53,546 bases of DNA. Source: Caldilineaceae bacterium (GTDB taxonomy: Bacteria; Chloroflexota; Anaerolineae; Caldilineales; Caldilineaceae). Positions within the stretch are counted from its first letter, which is position 1. Every line of letters begins with the position of its first letter. This document shows, piece after piece, positions 12,979-23,727 of this stretch. Location of the stretch: assembly GCA_026705565.1 (NCBI GenBank), contig JAPPAJ010000340.1:1-53546 (forward strand), in the 5' to 3' direction. A program made the translations under genes and the position numbers. The notes beneath the pieces were generated by a model. The model saw nothing but the letters and a program-made list of their open reading frames with translations, had not been told where the DNA came from and ran no database searches.

Positions 12979-14313
12979 TTATTCCTGTGTTTCCGGCGGG
13001 AGTAGGGAGCCGTACAGGAACTGCTGCGGGTTGACGGGAACACCGTGGATGCGCACTTCCCAGTGCAGGTGCGGACCCGAGCTGATGCCCGAACTCCCAA
13101 CCAGCCCCATCAGGTCGCCGGTTTCGACGAAGTCCCCTTCCTCCACCGAGATTTCGCTCAGGTGCCAGTAGCCGGACAGGACACCTTGGCCATGGTCCAG
13201 GACAACAGCAAGGCCCTTGGTGACGAGGTCTTGAGCCAGGGCGACGGTCCCCGGCAGGGGGGCGGTGACCGGCTCACCGACAGGTGCGTAAAAGTCCCAA
13301 CCTGTATGAAAGGTCGCGTGTATGGGCACGGGGGAGCGGTATTCGCGGCGGGAGCCAAAGACGGATGTGATCGGGTGTCCCTCCGGGATGGGACGTTGCC
13401 AAGGCTCATCGGACCACTGGCGGGGCAGGTTGTTTCGGTTCCAGATTGCTGTCAAGAGATCGGTCTCTTCCTGTAGTGCCTCCACCGACAGCCGGGCCGC
13501 AACCACTCCGTCCACGACAATAATCTCTTGTCGCCAGGGGCCCGGCTGAAACACTTCAAGCCGGAGTTCCCCGGCCACTCGGACACCGGACTGCGACAGG
13601 TAGGAGATCGTTACTGTCACCGGACCCGATTCGGTCAGGGGATTGATGGGGATCGGACTGTAGTGGAATTGTTGTTGAGCCTTGGCCTGCGGATGCGGCA
13701 CCTGGGTCAGGTGGAGCTGCGTGGCGCCCAAATGGGCGGAGGGTTGAATGCCGGGATTGGACGAGAGCAAAAGGTATCCGGTTTGGCCCGCGCCGATGTA
13801 CGGACTGAGGTACTCCACCGTGACTTGCCCCAATGCATGGGTTTTGCGCGGATCGGCCAAGTCGGGCAGAAACATCGGCTGCCCGGGGAACAGGCGCTGG
13901 TCCTGCGCGATGCTGTTGGCTGCGGATAGCCAGTCGACCGGAATGCCGTGGGCCTCGGCCAACATCGCCAGGGTCTGCCCGGGAAAGGCGGGTTTGATGG
14001 TCATCGGCACAAAGGTGTCGACAATCGCTGCGGCTCCCGGTAGCGGAACGATCAACAGGTGTTGATCCGACAGAACGGTGGTTGGCGACAGGCCGTTGAT
14101 ATGGGCCACGAGCGTTGCCGGCACATTGTGGCGGTCGGCGGTTTCGCCCACGGGTCGATCCTCGCCCGGCACAAGCAGCCAGTGTTCGCCGTTGTGGGCA
14201 TGGGTTCGGGGGGCCAGCCCGGGCAGGAGCCAGGCCAGCAGGAGAACGGCCAGCAGGGCGGCCGTGACCGATTTGGTGGGAAGGGATGTTCGAGCAAACA
14301 TGGCACCAGGCAT
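12979..14313 (-). CDS. secreted LysM-domain M23 family metallopeptidase
   Basis: The C-terminal M23 signature is HTGWDFYAP...GYWHLSEI...GSSGISSGPHLHWEVRIHG. Two LysM-like segments are present. After the internal Met at 14313 the sequence reads MPGAMFARTSLPTKSVTAALLAVLLLAWLL, a signal or anchor peptide. The track ORF starts 23 codons earlier. Confidence 0.85.
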   Translation of the reverse strand: MPGAMFARTSLPTKSVTAALLAVLLLAWLLPGLAPRTHAHNGEHWLLVPGEDRPVGETADRHNVPATLVAHINGLSPTTVLSDQHLLIVPLPGAAAIVDTFVPMTIKPAFPGQTLAMLAEAHGIPVDWLSAANSIAQDQRLFPGQPMFLPDLADPRKTHALGQVTVEYLSPYIGAGQTGYLLLSSNPGIQPSAHLGATQLHLTQVPHPQAKAQQQFHYSPIPINPLTESGPVTVTISYLSQSGVRVAGELRLEVFQPGPWRQEIIVVDGVVAARLSVEALQEETDLLTAIWNRNNLPRQWSDEPWQRPIPEGHPITSVFGSRREYRSPVPIHATFHTGWDFYAPVGEPVTAPLPGTVALAQDLVTKGLAVVLDHGQGVLSGYWHLSEISVEEGDFVETGDLMGLVGSSGISSGPHLHWEVRIHGVPVNPQQFLYGSLLPPETQE

Positions 14314-14384
14314 GGTCCCGCGATGGCGACAATCGGTCGGTTGGACGAGGCCTCCCGCTGCGGCTGTCGACACCGATGGCAACG

Positions 14385-14930
14385 CTAATGGGGCAGATAG
14401 CCTATCCAGGGGAGATTGCGGTATTTCTGCCGGTAGTCCAGACCGTAGCCGATGACAAAGAGGTCTGGAATCTCAAAGCCAAACCAATCCACCGGCCAGT
14501 TTGCCTGGTTCGGCAGGCGCTTGTAGAGCATGGAGATGTAGCGTACCGAGGCCGGGTTCATGGTGTCTAGGCGAGCCGCAATCTGGCGCAGGGTTTGGCC
14601 GGTGTCCACGATGTCTTCGACGACCAGCAGTTCCTTGCCCTCCAGGTCCAGATCGGGGCGCATGTAGATTTCCACCGTGTTGCCTGGGCGCAGGTTGTTG
14701 CCGTAGCTGCTGGCGGACAGGAACTCGACCTCCGGGTAGATCGTCATGTATCTCAGGAGGTCCACGGCAAACACGAGGCTGCCGCGCAGGACCACCACCA
14801 GCACCAGCTCCTTGTCGCCGAAATACTCGGAGAGCTCCTCCGCCATGGACTTGACCCGGTCCTGGATTTGCTCGGTGGAAAACAGGGGTTCGATCCTGTC
14901 CAGGAATTCCAGGTCGGTGCTGATGGTCAT
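14385..14930 (-). CDS. hpt: hypoxanthine-guanine phosphoribosyltransferase
   Basis: The PRPP-binding motif LLVVEDIVDTGQTL is present. The length is 181 aa from the internal ATG at 14930. tilS lies upstream, as is common. Confidence 0.9.
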   Translation of the reverse strand: MTISTDLEFLDRIEPLFSTEQIQDRVKSMAEELSEYFGDKELVLVVVLRGSLVFAVDLLRYMTIYPEVEFLSASSYGNNLRPGNTVEIYMRPDLDLEGKELLVVEDIVDTGQTLRQIAARLDTMNPASVRYISMLYKRLPNQANWPVDWFGFEIPDLFVIGYGLDYRQKYRNLPWIGYLPH

Positions 14931-15045
14931 CAGAGCTTGGGCTTCAACGTCTTTGCTGGGACGGAGACAACAAGTCCCGGCCGGGATCAATCCGGCCGCG
15001 GGGACTCCGCCCCATTCTAGGACTTGGCCTGGCTGATTCAGGATT

Positions 15046-15690
15046 TTACCCCGTCTCTGCCTCCGTCCGCCGGAGCACCTCGAGCAGTTCCGCCAGCATC
15101 ATGGCGGTGGCTCCCCAGATACGGTGCTCGCCCACCTGGAAAAAGGGCACGTCGACGTCAAGGTCTCCGAAGTTCCAAATCTCCCGTTTGCGGCATGCGG
15201 GATCGAGCAGCAGGGCCAACGGACATTCCAATACCGCCTTGACCTCGGCCGGGTCCGGGCGAAACGCCGGCGCGGCCGACATCAGGCCCACACTGGGAGT
15301 GACCAAGTAGTGGCTGTTGGGGATGTAGACCGGGGTCAGTTGGCCCAGGACCTGGATGCACGAGCCGGGAACTCCGATTTCCTCCCCGGTCTCCCTCACG
15401 GCGGTGGCCGCAAGGTCCGGATCGCCGACTTCCCGTTTGCCGCCGGGCAGGGCGATTTGCCCGCTGTGCGGTCCGTCGTACCGGGGCCGTTCGATGAACG
15501 GCAGGTACATGTGGTCATCCCTGGCATAGAACAGGAACAGCACTCCGGCCTGGCGCAGGGGCCTCCGCTGGCGATCCGGGTTGTTGCGCCGGGGAGCGGG
15601 AGCCATGGTTTGCTGCGCGGGCTGACCCGGCAACGGCTGCTGCAGGCCCGACTTGAGCCGGGGTGACAGGGTGCGGAGGTCGGAAAGCAA
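15046..15690 (-). CDS. Nudix hydrolase (CoA pyrophosphatase-like)
   Basis: The Nudix box is GGKREVGDPDLAATAVRETGEEIGV. The start is uncertain; an internal Met lies at codon 29. Confidence 0.8.
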   Translation of the reverse strand: MLSDLRTLSPRLKSGLQQPLPGQPAQQTMAPAPRRNNPDRQRRPLRQAGVLFLFYARDDHMYLPFIERPRYDGPHSGQIALPGGKREVGDPDLAATAVRETGEEIGVPGSCIQVLGQLTPVYIPNSHYLVTPSVGLMSAAPAFRPDPAEVKAVLECPLALLLDPACRKREIWNFGDLDVDVPFFQVGEHRIWGATAMMLAELLEVLRRTEAETG

Positions 15691-15702
15691 CAGCTTGTCG
15701 TC

Positions 15703-17337
15703 CTATGGGTGTGGGTGCCAGCGCAACCGGAGCACCGGTCGTCCCGGTTCACGTACAGCGTAGGCTGCGGCGTGGCGCAGTCCGCAGACCCAGACCGGAT
15801 CACCGCCTTCCGCGTACACGACAGGCCAGTCCGCCCGCAGCGAAACATGAATCCTGTCGTCCCGCAGGATGTGGCGGATTGGCTTTCTGCCTGCCTGCAT
15901 GCCGACGGGTTGCAACCTTAACTGCGGAATGGCCGGTTCCAAGCGGATGCTGTTGCCATGGGCCTCCAGGCTTGTCAGATCCAGGTAGACAATCCACGGG
16001 TAGGGATCGTCGCGCATTTTGGACATCGACGGGGGATGTTCGCAAGGCGTGGCCGAAAGCGTCCAGCCCGGCAGTCGAAGGTCCGCCCCAGCCAGTGGTA
16101 TGGGCGCATGGCGCCAATCTGGCGGCAGGCGCGGGACATTGACCGGGAAGGGCATGGAGCCGCGTCTGTGAAGCGAGAGCAGATCCTGGTTGGTTGGCAA
16201 GTCGAACACCCGCGTCGGGGGGCGATGCCACACGGACCAGCACAGGTCCCCGAACCACGGCCTCGGCCCGCGGGACCCGTCGACGGTTTTCAGCTGCCGA
16301 CACAACTCGTCCAAACGGGCGGCGGAGAGTTGCCGGTTGCGATGCAGGCGGGCGACAGCCTGTGCCAGCATGCCACGCTGCTGCCATGGCGGGGCCTTCC
16401 GCAGAGGAGTGAGGCGCAGGATCACTGATTGGTCGGCACGCGGCATGTTCGGCTGTGGCAGAAACAGTTCGGACCGGGCCAGGTTGTCCGCGTGGATCCG
16501 TTCCAGGGCCTGGATGTCCGGACGCCACAACTCCATCTGGTTCGCCAGGAATCCGACCGTGTTGGTGCGCAAGGCGGCCAATTGGGGCACCACTCGGTGC
16601 CGCACGCGATTGCGCAGATGGCTCTCGTCCAGGTTTGACCGATCCTCCTCCCACCTCTCGTTCCAAGCCTCCAGACAGGACCGGATGTCATCGGGTGTCC
16701 ATGCCAGTAGCGGCCGCCAGAGCAGGACTTCGACATCGGTTGGCTGGAATTGGGCTGCCGGGGAACTCCACTCTTCCATGCCGCGCAGGCCGGACAGGTG
16801 GGTGCCGCGGATCAGATTCATCAACAGCGTTTCCACCTGGTCGCCGGCATGGTGTCCGGTTGCGATCACTGCGGTCTGGCCGGGAGCGGCCAACCGCCGG
16901 GCGGTCTCGGTCAGCAGCCGGTAGCGGCCCTCCCGCCACCGGGCCTGCCGGTTGCGCATCGGCGTCCGGTCGGGATCCGTCAGTTCCAACCCGTGGAATG
17001 GCAGATTCAGGCGTGCGGCCAGTGACTTGACCGATGCAGCCTCGGCGGCGGAATCTGGCCGGTATCCGTGATCCACGTGACATACGTGGACGGTGCAGGC
17101 TGTATCCTGAAGGGCCCGGTGCAGCATGCGGAGCAGGAATGTGCTGTCCGCTCCGCCGCTCACCGCGGCCAATACCACGGCGGGGCTGCGATTCCCCCGG
17201 CCCGTCATGCTGCGGGCCATCGCATCCGCCAAGCAGTCGAGGCGGTGGTGCAGGGAAGCAGTTGGTGTCATGGCTTGGCCGACCCGTCGGTGCCGGGCCT
17301 TGTCCGGAACAGCAGAGCATATGGTGCCCCAATCCAC
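15703..17337 (-). CDS. tilS: tRNA(Ile)-lysidine synthetase
   Basis: The PP-loop is VLAAVSGGADSTFLL. The central TilS region and a C-terminal domain are present. The likely true start is the ATG at 17271 (MTPTASLHH...). Confidence 0.88.
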   Translation of the reverse strand: MDWGTICSAVPDKARHRRVGQAMTPTASLHHRLDCLADAMARSMTGRGNRSPAVVLAAVSGGADSTFLLRMLHRALQDTACTVHVCHVDHGYRPDSAAEAASVKSLAARLNLPFHGLELTDPDRTPMRNRQARWREGRYRLLTETARRLAAPGQTAVIATGHHAGDQVETLLMNLIRGTHLSGLRGMEEWSSPAAQFQPTDVEVLLWRPLLAWTPDDIRSCLEAWNERWEEDRSNLDESHLRNRVRHRVVPQLAALRTNTVGFLANQMELWRPDIQALERIHADNLARSELFLPQPNMPRADQSVILRLTPLRKAPPWQQRGMLAQAVARLHRNRQLSAARLDELCRQLKTVDGSRGPRPWFGDLCWSVWHRPPTRVFDLPTNQDLLSLHRRGSMPFPVNVPRLPPDWRHAPIPLAGADLRLPGWTLSATPCEHPPSMSKMRDDPYPWIVYLDLTSLEAHGNSIRLEPAIPQLRLQPVGMQAGRKPIRHILRDDRIHVSLRADWPVVYAEGGDPVWVCGLRHAAAYAVREPGRPVLRLRWHPHP

Positions 17338-17575
17338 CGCGGTGGACGGCGCTGTGTGCAGAAGGCCGGCGATTTTGTAGAATCAGGGTCGCCAAGTCCT
17401 GGTCCGCTTGCCTGGGGGGCTCGGTGTCCGATCCGGTTGTGTTCGTTGGAAACGGCATCAACGCAGTTGGTGCCGGGCGGCACGAGGGCCAGGGGCGGCG
17501 CACGCCGCACCTCGGTTCCCACCCCGACCGCCACTACGTCACAGCCATTCCACCGCAGCATAGGGAGACCGTTGG

Positions 17576-18643
17576 GTGTTCAACCCAATCGATTGGTTCC
17601 TGGGTCTATTCTCGTTTGACATAGGCATCGATCTCGGAACAGCGAACACGCTGGTCCATGTCATTCGCGAAGGGATCGTAATCGAGGAGCCATCCGTGGT
17701 GGCCATTGACCGATCCGGTCATCGCCGCAACCGGGTGCGTGCCATCGGGCGCGAGGCGCGCGAGATGGTGGGGCGCACGCCAGCCCACATCATGGCGGTG
17801 CGGCCGTTGCAGGACGGGGTCATCTCGGACTTCGATGTCACGGAGAAGATGATCCACCATTTCATCGGCAAGGTGCACGGCAATCGCATCCTCGGCGGCG
17901 CCAGGCCGAGGGTGGTCATCGGAATTCCCTCCGGCGTCACGGAGGTGGAGACCCGGGCCGTCAGGGAGGCCGTGCTGCGCGCGGGGGCCAGGGAGGTGCA
18001 ACTGGTGGAGGAGCCGTTGGCGGCGGCCATCGGTGCCGGTCTGCCGGTGGCCGAGTCGATCGGATCCATGATTGTGGACATCGGGGGCGGCACCACCGAA
18101 GTCGCGGTGATCTCCCTGGGCGGCATCGTGGTGTCTCGGTCCATCCGGGTGGCCGGCGATGAAATGAACGAGGACATCATCAACTTCGCCCGGCAGAAGT
18201 ACAACCTGTTGATTGGTGAACGGATGGCGGAGCGTTGCAAGGTGGAGATCGGGTCCGCGTACCCCATGGAACAGGAGCGGACGGTGTTTCTGCGCGGCCG
18301 CAACCTGATCACGGGCCTGCCGGAGGCAACGGAAGTCAGCTCCATTGAGGTCAGGGAGGCACTGTCCGGGTCGCTGGAGGTCATTGTGGAGGCGGTGCGC
18401 GGAACTCTGGACGAAACCCCGCCCGAACTGATGGCCGACCTGATGGAGTACGGGATTGTGCTGGCCGGTGGAGGCGCGCTGCTGCAGGGACTGGCCCAGC
18501 GCATCCAGGACGAGTCGCACATCAACGTCTACGTGGCGGAGAACCCGCTTACCTCGGTGGCTATGGGGACCGGCATGGTCCTGGAACGCCCGGACTACTA
18601 CCGGGATACCCTGACCGGGGTCCAGCGGCGAGGTTTGCGCTGA
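17576..18643 (+). CDS. mreB: rod-shape determining actin homolog MreB
   Basis: The start is GTG, with GGGAGA 7 nt upstream. FSFDIGIDLGTANTLV and DIGGGTTEVAVISLGG match actin-fold motifs. Confidence 0.96.
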   Translation: MFNPIDWFLGLFSFDIGIDLGTANTLVHVIREGIVIEEPSVVAIDRSGHRRNRVRAIGREAREMVGRTPAHIMAVRPLQDGVISDFDVTEKMIHHFIGKVHGNRILGGARPRVVIGIPSGVTEVETRAVREAVLRAGAREVQLVEEPLAAAIGAGLPVAESIGSMIVDIGGGTTEVAVISLGGIVVSRSIRVAGDEMNEDIINFARQKYNLLIGERMAERCKVEIGSAYPMEQERTVFLRGRNLITGLPEATEVSSIEVREALSGSLEVIVEAVRGTLDETPPELMADLMEYGIVLAGGGALLQGLAQRIQDESHINVYVAENPLTSVAMGTGMVLERPDYYRDTLTGVQRRGLR

Positions 18644-18691
18644 TCGCCCGGGATTTTTTCCACCCATGTACCTGAGGCAGGCCGCCTGACG

Positions 18692-19582
18692 ATGCGAGAC
18701 ACGACGCGCCCGGGGATTTTCGGCGACCTGGGAGTACGGCTGCTGATCCTGGTGCTGGCTTCGTTCCTGCTGTTCGCCATGCAGCGGTCGGGTCAGTTTC
18801 AGGGTATCCGCGCGATGCTGACACAGGTCGCGTCGCCGGTGCAGTGGCGGATGATGGTGGAGACCAGCCGCTTCGCGGATTCGCTGGTCGAAGCACGGCG
18901 AAACCGGGCAGTACTCGCCGAAGCAGGGACGTTGGCGGCGGCCAATGAGATCCTGTCCGCCGAGAATGCCGTTCTCCGGGAGGCGCTGGCGGAGAACGAG
19001 CGTCTGCGCGAACAACTGGCGTACGGCACGGCGAATCCCCGATTCACCTTCCAGGGAGCGCATGTCATAGGACGGGTGCTCGGGTTCGATCCGCAGGATG
19101 CGCAGGAGAGCCTGGTCATTGACGCCGGCCGCAACCGGGGGCTGGCCGTTGGCATGCCGGTCATTACGCCGGTGGGACTGGTGGGGCGCGTGAGCACCGT
19201 CACCGACCGCACGGCCCGGGTCCTGTTGTTGTTGGACCAGAGGAGTTCGGTCAGTGCCCTGCTGCAAAACAGTCGGGTGAGCGGACAGATCGAGGGGGTG
19301 GCCGGCGGAGGCTTGGAAATGGTCTTCATTACGGACGCCGATCCCATTATCCCGAGTGAATTGGCCGTAACATCCCGTATGGGCGGAACGCTGCCCCAAG
19401 GCATTCCGATCGGAGTTGTCCGGGAGCTGGTGCCGGCCAGCGGAACCTCCGGGGTGCGTGCAGCCATCGATCCGGCCGTTGACTTCCGACGATTGGAGTC
19501 CGTGATGGTTCTGACCGGTTTCGAGTTGGAGGGAAACGGCGCGAACGGAGGCTCCGGGGACAACGGTTCGGATCCGCCCTGA
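18692..19582 (+). CDS. mreC: rod-shape determining protein MreC
   Basis: It has an N-terminal TM helix, a coiled-coil region and beta-rich C-terminal domains. It sits between mreB and mreD. Confidence 0.88.
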   Translation: MRDTTRPGIFGDLGVRLLILVLASFLLFAMQRSGQFQGIRAMLTQVASPVQWRMMVETSRFADSLVEARRNRAVLAEAGTLAAANEILSAENAVLREALAENERLREQLAYGTANPRFTFQGAHVIGRVLGFDPQDAQESLVIDAGRNRGLAVGMPVITPVGLVGRVSTVTDRTARVLLLLDQRSSVSALLQNSRVSGQIEGVAGGGLEMVFITDADPIIPSELAVTSRMGGTLPQGIPIGVVRELVPASGTSGVRAAIDPAVDFRRLESVMVLTGFELEGNGANGGSGDNGSDPP

Positions 19583-19600
19583 CCAGCCGGAGGACGCTGC

Positions 19601-20131
19601 ATGCAACAGCAACGCACGAATACGTTCCTGGTTCTGTTGGCTGTCCCGGTGCTGGCCCTGCTGGTCATGTTGCAGGCCACGGTGGGTGCCCGTATGGCTC
19701 TTTTCGGCATCAAGCCGAACCTGGTACTCCTGGTGGTTCTGCTCTGGACCCTGCTGCGGGGACGGCGGGAAGCCCTGCTTGTCGCGTTCACGGGGGGCTT
19801 CTGGCTGGATTTCCTGGCGCTCACCACTCTGGGAATTTCCAGCCTGGCCCTGGTCCTGTCCTCCTTCATCACCGGCATCGGCAGGCGCGCCGTGCAACCC
19901 ACACAGATACTGGTTCCCATGGGGGTGGGCATCCTGGGCACCCTGATCTACGCCGCCGTGTACTGGGTGGGACAGGCCGTGGCCACCGGATCGCTGCGGA
20001 CGCTGACCAGCCTGCCGGACTACTGGGGCATCCAGCCGCTGTACCAGGTTGCGGCCATGCTTCTTCTGACGCCCTGGCTGTACGGGCGCCTGTCCCGTAC
20101 ACCGGACCTGGGGACCGAAGGCGATGTTTAG
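19601..20131 (+). CDS. mreD: rod-shape determining protein MreD
   Basis: 176-aa polytopic membrane protein. It follows mreC directly and overlaps mrdA by 8 nt. Confidence 0.8.
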   Translation: MQQQRTNTFLVLLAVPVLALLVMLQATVGARMALFGIKPNLVLLVVLLWTLLRGRREALLVAFTGGFWLDFLALTTLGISSLALVLSSFITGIGRRAVQPTQILVPMGVGILGTLIYAAVYWVGQAVATGSLRTLTSLPDYWGIQPLYQVAAMLLLTPWLYGRLSRTPDLGTEGDV

Positions 20132-22346
20132 TTCCTCGCCGGCCGTACACCCCGACGGGTCCGGGCGGTCTGTTCGGATCGGGGTCCGGTTGGCCCTAAT
20201 CGTCCTGTTGGGACTGCTGATTGGGCGTCTGTACCAGCTGCAGGTGCGTCAGCACGAAACCTTGGCGGCCCAAGCGGACGCCAACCGGTTGCGCACGATC
20301 GAGATTCCGGCCCCGCGCGGCCTCATCTTCGACCGGAACGGCGAACTGCTGGCACGCAACCGCCCCAGTTATCAGCTGGCCATCGTGCCGGAGGAACTGC
20401 CGGACGACGACTTGGACACGGAGGCCGATGAAGAGTACGAGGCGATTCTGCAAATCCTCGAATCCCTGGGACCCAACCTTGACCGGAATGCCGTGCTCGA
20501 TATGCAGCGCAATCTGCATCGGAGTCTGGGATGGCTGGACTACAGGCGGATCCTGGTCGACAACAAAGTGCCCTTTTCCGTATTCGAGATTCCCTATCGC
20601 GAGTTCGTCGACCTGCTGATCCAGATTGGTGTTGTCGAAGAGACCACGGTCGCAAGTGCCTCGATCGAGGAGGAGGCGGCCGCCGCGAGCATGGTCAGCC
20701 TGCCCGATCTGAACCAACCGCTTCCCGTCGAGGGTCTGGCCTTCCTGATTCAGAATTTGGCCCAGACCCGCCAACAGGGCAATTCCTCCGAACCGTTTCC
20801 CATCCTGACCGGTCTCAGCCGGGAAGCCGCCTTCACGATTTCGGAGCAGTCGTTCCGGTATCCGGGCAGCCGCATCCTGGACGTGTCCGTGCGGGAGTAT
20901 GTTTACGGGGAACTGGTCAGCCACATTCTGGGCTTCATGGGGCCGATTCCCTCATCGCTGGCGGAAACCTACCGGGAGCGGGGCTATCGGTCGCCGGCGG
21001 AACTGGTCGGTCTGTCGGGGGTCGAGGCCGAATATCAGGACATCCTCCGCGGCACGCCGGGCCAGCGCACGGTCGAGGCGGACATCTTCGGGCGCGTGGG
21101 GCGCACCATCGACGAGGTGGTGCCGCAGCCCGGCCAGGACATCATTCTGACCGTGGACATCCAGCTGCAGCGGGTCATGTACAAGGTGTTGCAGGAAATG
21201 CTGACGGTCCAGGACGCCATCAGTGGTGTAGCCATTGCGGTGGATCCGCGCTCGGGCCAGCTCTTGGGTATGGTCAGCCTGCCGTCCTTCGACAACAACA
21301 TCTTTTCGGAGGGCCTGGGCGAGACCTACACGCGCATCATCGAGGACGAGCGCAGGCCGCTGATCAACTACGCGATCGGCGGGCTTTATCCGCCGGGCTC
21401 GACCTTCAAGATTGTGACGGCCTCGGCCGGCATGGCGGAAGACATCATTACGCCCCGCACCGTCATCGTGGACGACGGGCCGATCTATCTGCCGAGCAAG
21501 TTCTTTCCGGATGATCCGTCCCAGGCCCAGGAGTTCGTCTCCTGGAACCACCATCGGGGCTTCAACCACGGTCCCTTGACCCTGCGCGAGGCGATCGCGG
21601 TGTCCAACGACATTTACTTCTACTATGTGGGCGGTGGTTATCCACAGACGTTCATCGGTCTGACGCAGGAAGAACTGGCGCAATGGGCCCGCGTCTTCGG
21701 CTATGGTTCGGCAACCGGCATCGACCTGCCCGGGGAGGTTAGTTTTTCGGTCCCCGACGACCAGTGGAAGCGTGTCAACTGGGCATCCAGTTGGGTACAG
21801 GGCGACAGCTACAACATGGCCATCGGCCAGGGCTATTTGCTCGCGACCCCCTTGCAGGTGCTGCAGAGCCTGGTTCCGATTGCCAACGGCGGCAAGCTGT
21901 ACCAACCGCAGGTGGCCCTTCAGATCACGGATCCCTCCACGGGCCGCACGCAGGAGTTCGAGCCCAGGCCCATCCGCGACGTGGGCTTGGACCGCGTTAC
22001 ACTGGACACGATCCGGCTGGGCATGCGCGATGCCGTCAACTCGGTGGAAGGCACGGCGACACGGGGCCAGATCGAGGGTGTGATCGTGGCCGGCAAGACG
22101 GGTACGGCGGAGTTCTGCGAATATGATCCCGCCCTGGAGGACTGCCGCCGGGACGAAGAGGGCGATCTGCCAACCCACGCCTCCTACCTGGCCTTTGCGC
22201 CGTTCAACAATCCCGAGATCGCCGTGATGGTGTTTGTCTACGACGGGGGCGAGGGTTCGACGGCCGCCGTGCCCGTGGGCACCGCCATCCTGGACGCGTG
22301 GTTCACCATCAAGGGCCAGGGCAGTCTGGAGACGGGCGCCGGGTAG
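20124..22346 (+). CDS. mrdA: penicillin-binding protein 2 (elongasome transpeptidase)
   Basis: It has an N-terminal anchor and a PBP dimerisation domain. The transpeptidase motifs are STFK (PPGSTFKIVT), SND-like (VSND) and KTGTA. Confidence 0.93.
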   Translation: MFSSSPAVHPDGSGRSVRIGVRLALIVLLGLLIGRLYQLQVRQHETLAAQADANRLRTIEIPAPRGLIFDRNGELLARNRPSYQLAIVPEELPDDDLDTEADEEYEAILQILESLGPNLDRNAVLDMQRNLHRSLGWLDYRRILVDNKVPFSVFEIPYREFVDLLIQIGVVEETTVASASIEEEAAAASMVSLPDLNQPLPVEGLAFLIQNLAQTRQQGNSSEPFPILTGLSREAAFTISEQSFRYPGSRILDVSVREYVYGELVSHILGFMGPIPSSLAETYRERGYRSPAELVGLSGVEAEYQDILRGTPGQRTVEADIFGRVGRTIDEVVPQPGQDIILTVDIQLQRVMYKVLQEMLTVQDAISGVAIAVDPRSGQLLGMVSLPSFDNNIFSEGLGETYTRIIEDERRPLINYAIGGLYPPGSTFKIVTASAGMAEDIITPRTVIVDDGPIYLPSKFFPDDPSQAQEFVSWNHHRGFNHGPLTLREAIAVSNDIYFYYVGGGYPQTFIGLTQEELAQWARVFGYGSATGIDLPGEVSFSVPDDQWKRVNWASSWVQGDSYNMAIGQGYLLATPLQVLQSLVPIANGGKLYQPQVALQITDPSTGRTQEFEPRPIRDVGLDRVTLDTIRLGMRDAVNSVEGTATRGQIEGVIVAGKTGTAEFCEYDPALEDCRRDEEGDLPTHASYLAFAPFNNPEIAVMVFVYDGGEGSTAAVPVGTAILDAWFTIKGQGSLETGAG

Positions 22347-22350
22347 CGCA

Positions 22351-23493
22351 ATGCTGTTCACGAGTGCGTCCCGAACCGCGGGCGTGTCCCGGCGCGGACT
22401 GGCGCTGGTTCACTTCGACTGGTGGCTGTTGGCCGCGTCCCTGTCTTTGGCCATCTTCGGGATTGCCATGATTTTCAGTGCCACCCGCGGCGTTGTCGAC
22501 CCGGTGATCCAGAATCGCTGGACGGCGCAAATCGCCTTTCTTGTGATTGGCATTGTTGCGTTTTTCATGGGTGCGCTGCTCGACTACCGGCTCCTGCGGC
22601 TGGCCGGTTGGCCCGGCTACTGCTTTTTGCTGGGTGTGCTCGTGCTGGTGGAGCTGTTCGGAACGGAGCAGAACCTGGCGGTGCGATGGCTCAGCGTGGG
22701 CAATACGGTGGTCCAGCCAACGGAGGCCGGCAAATTCGTATTGATTGTGGCGGTGGCCTGGTACCTCAGTCGCTACTACTCCGAGGAAAAGCGCCTCAGC
22801 GTCCTGTTCCTGGCCTTGGGGGCGTTGGTTCCGCCTCTGTTGCTGGTCTATCGGCAGCCCGATCTGGGCATGGTCGTGACCATGCTGTTCATCATTGGCG
22901 CCATGATCCTGATCTCCGGAGTCACGGCTGCCCACTTTCTGGTTTTGTCCAGTCTGGCCTTGGCGGTTCTGTTCCTGGCCTACGGGACCCTGCAGGACTA
23001 CATGATCGACCGCATCAACATGTTTCTTGCTCCGGATGCCAACAGGGAAGCGGTCTTCAACGTCACCCAGGCCCTCATCAGTGTGGGCAACGGCGGCCTG
23101 TTCGGCAGGGGCTGGCTGGAGGGAACCCAGAGCCAACTGTTCTACCTGCGGGTGCGCCACACGGACTTCATCTTCAGCGTGGTGGCGGAGGAATTCGGAT
23201 TTGTCGGCAGCTGCGCCCTGCTGTTGGTGTTCGGGTTCCTGCTGTGGCGGCTGGTGCGCACCATGGAGTTGGCCGAGGATGCCTTTGGGCGGTTGCTGGT
23301 GGGGGGTGTGGCGGCGCTGATTCTGTTTCAGATGTTCGTCAATGTCGGCATGAACATCCGGCTCATGCCCGTCACCGGCATGACCCTGCCGCTGGTGAGT
23401 TCCGGGGGCAGCAGCCTGGTTTCGACCATGTTTGCCATCGGCCTGACGCAGAGCGTCAACCTGCGGCGCAGCGTGCGGGTTGATACGTTCTGA
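22351..23493 (+). CDS. rodA: SEDS peptidoglycan polymerase RodA
   Basis: Polytopic FtsW/RodA family protein (FDWWLLAASL..., HTDFIFSVVAEEFGF, GMTLPLVSSGGSS). The start was moved to the ATG at 22351, 4 nt after the mrdA stop. Confidence 0.93.
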   Translation: MLFTSASRTAGVSRRGLALVHFDWWLLAASLSLAIFGIAMIFSATRGVVDPVIQNRWTAQIAFLVIGIVAFFMGALLDYRLLRLAGWPGYCFLLGVLVLVELFGTEQNLAVRWLSVGNTVVQPTEAGKFVLIVAVAWYLSRYYSEEKRLSVLFLALGALVPPLLLVYRQPDLGMVVTMLFIIGAMILISGVTAAHFLVLSSLALAVLFLAYGTLQDYMIDRINMFLAPDANREAVFNVTQALISVGNGGLFGRGWLEGTQSQLFYLRVRHTDFIFSVVAEEFGFVGSCALLLVFGFLLWRLVRTMELAEDAFGRLLVGGVAALILFQMFVNVGMNIRLMPVTGMTLPLVSSGGSSLVSTMFAIGLTQSVNLRRSVRVDTF

Positions 23494-23663
23494 CGAACGC
23501 AACCAAGACGGTCCGGTAGCCGGCAAGGTCCATTGCTGCATGTCTAGCGACCGCGGAAGGATTCGGTTGTTCCTGGTCCCGGATGGAATGACATGATTGC
23601 GGAAATTGCCGCGCGTACCACCCGGCACCCGGCAGCCTTTGCCGATGCCGGCGCACACCGAGC

Positions 23664-23692
23664 TTGCCAAGAAGGCGGTTTGCCGTTAACCT
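23664..23692 (+). promoter_or_regulatory. candidate promoter for the selenoprotein gene
   Basis: TTGCCA (23664-23669), a 17-nt spacer, then TAACCT (23687-23692). GGGAGA lies 7 nt before the ATG at 23728. Confidence 0.3.
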
Positions 23693-23727
23693 ATGGGACA
23701 GTTGGTTCACCATCCGGGAGAACTGTC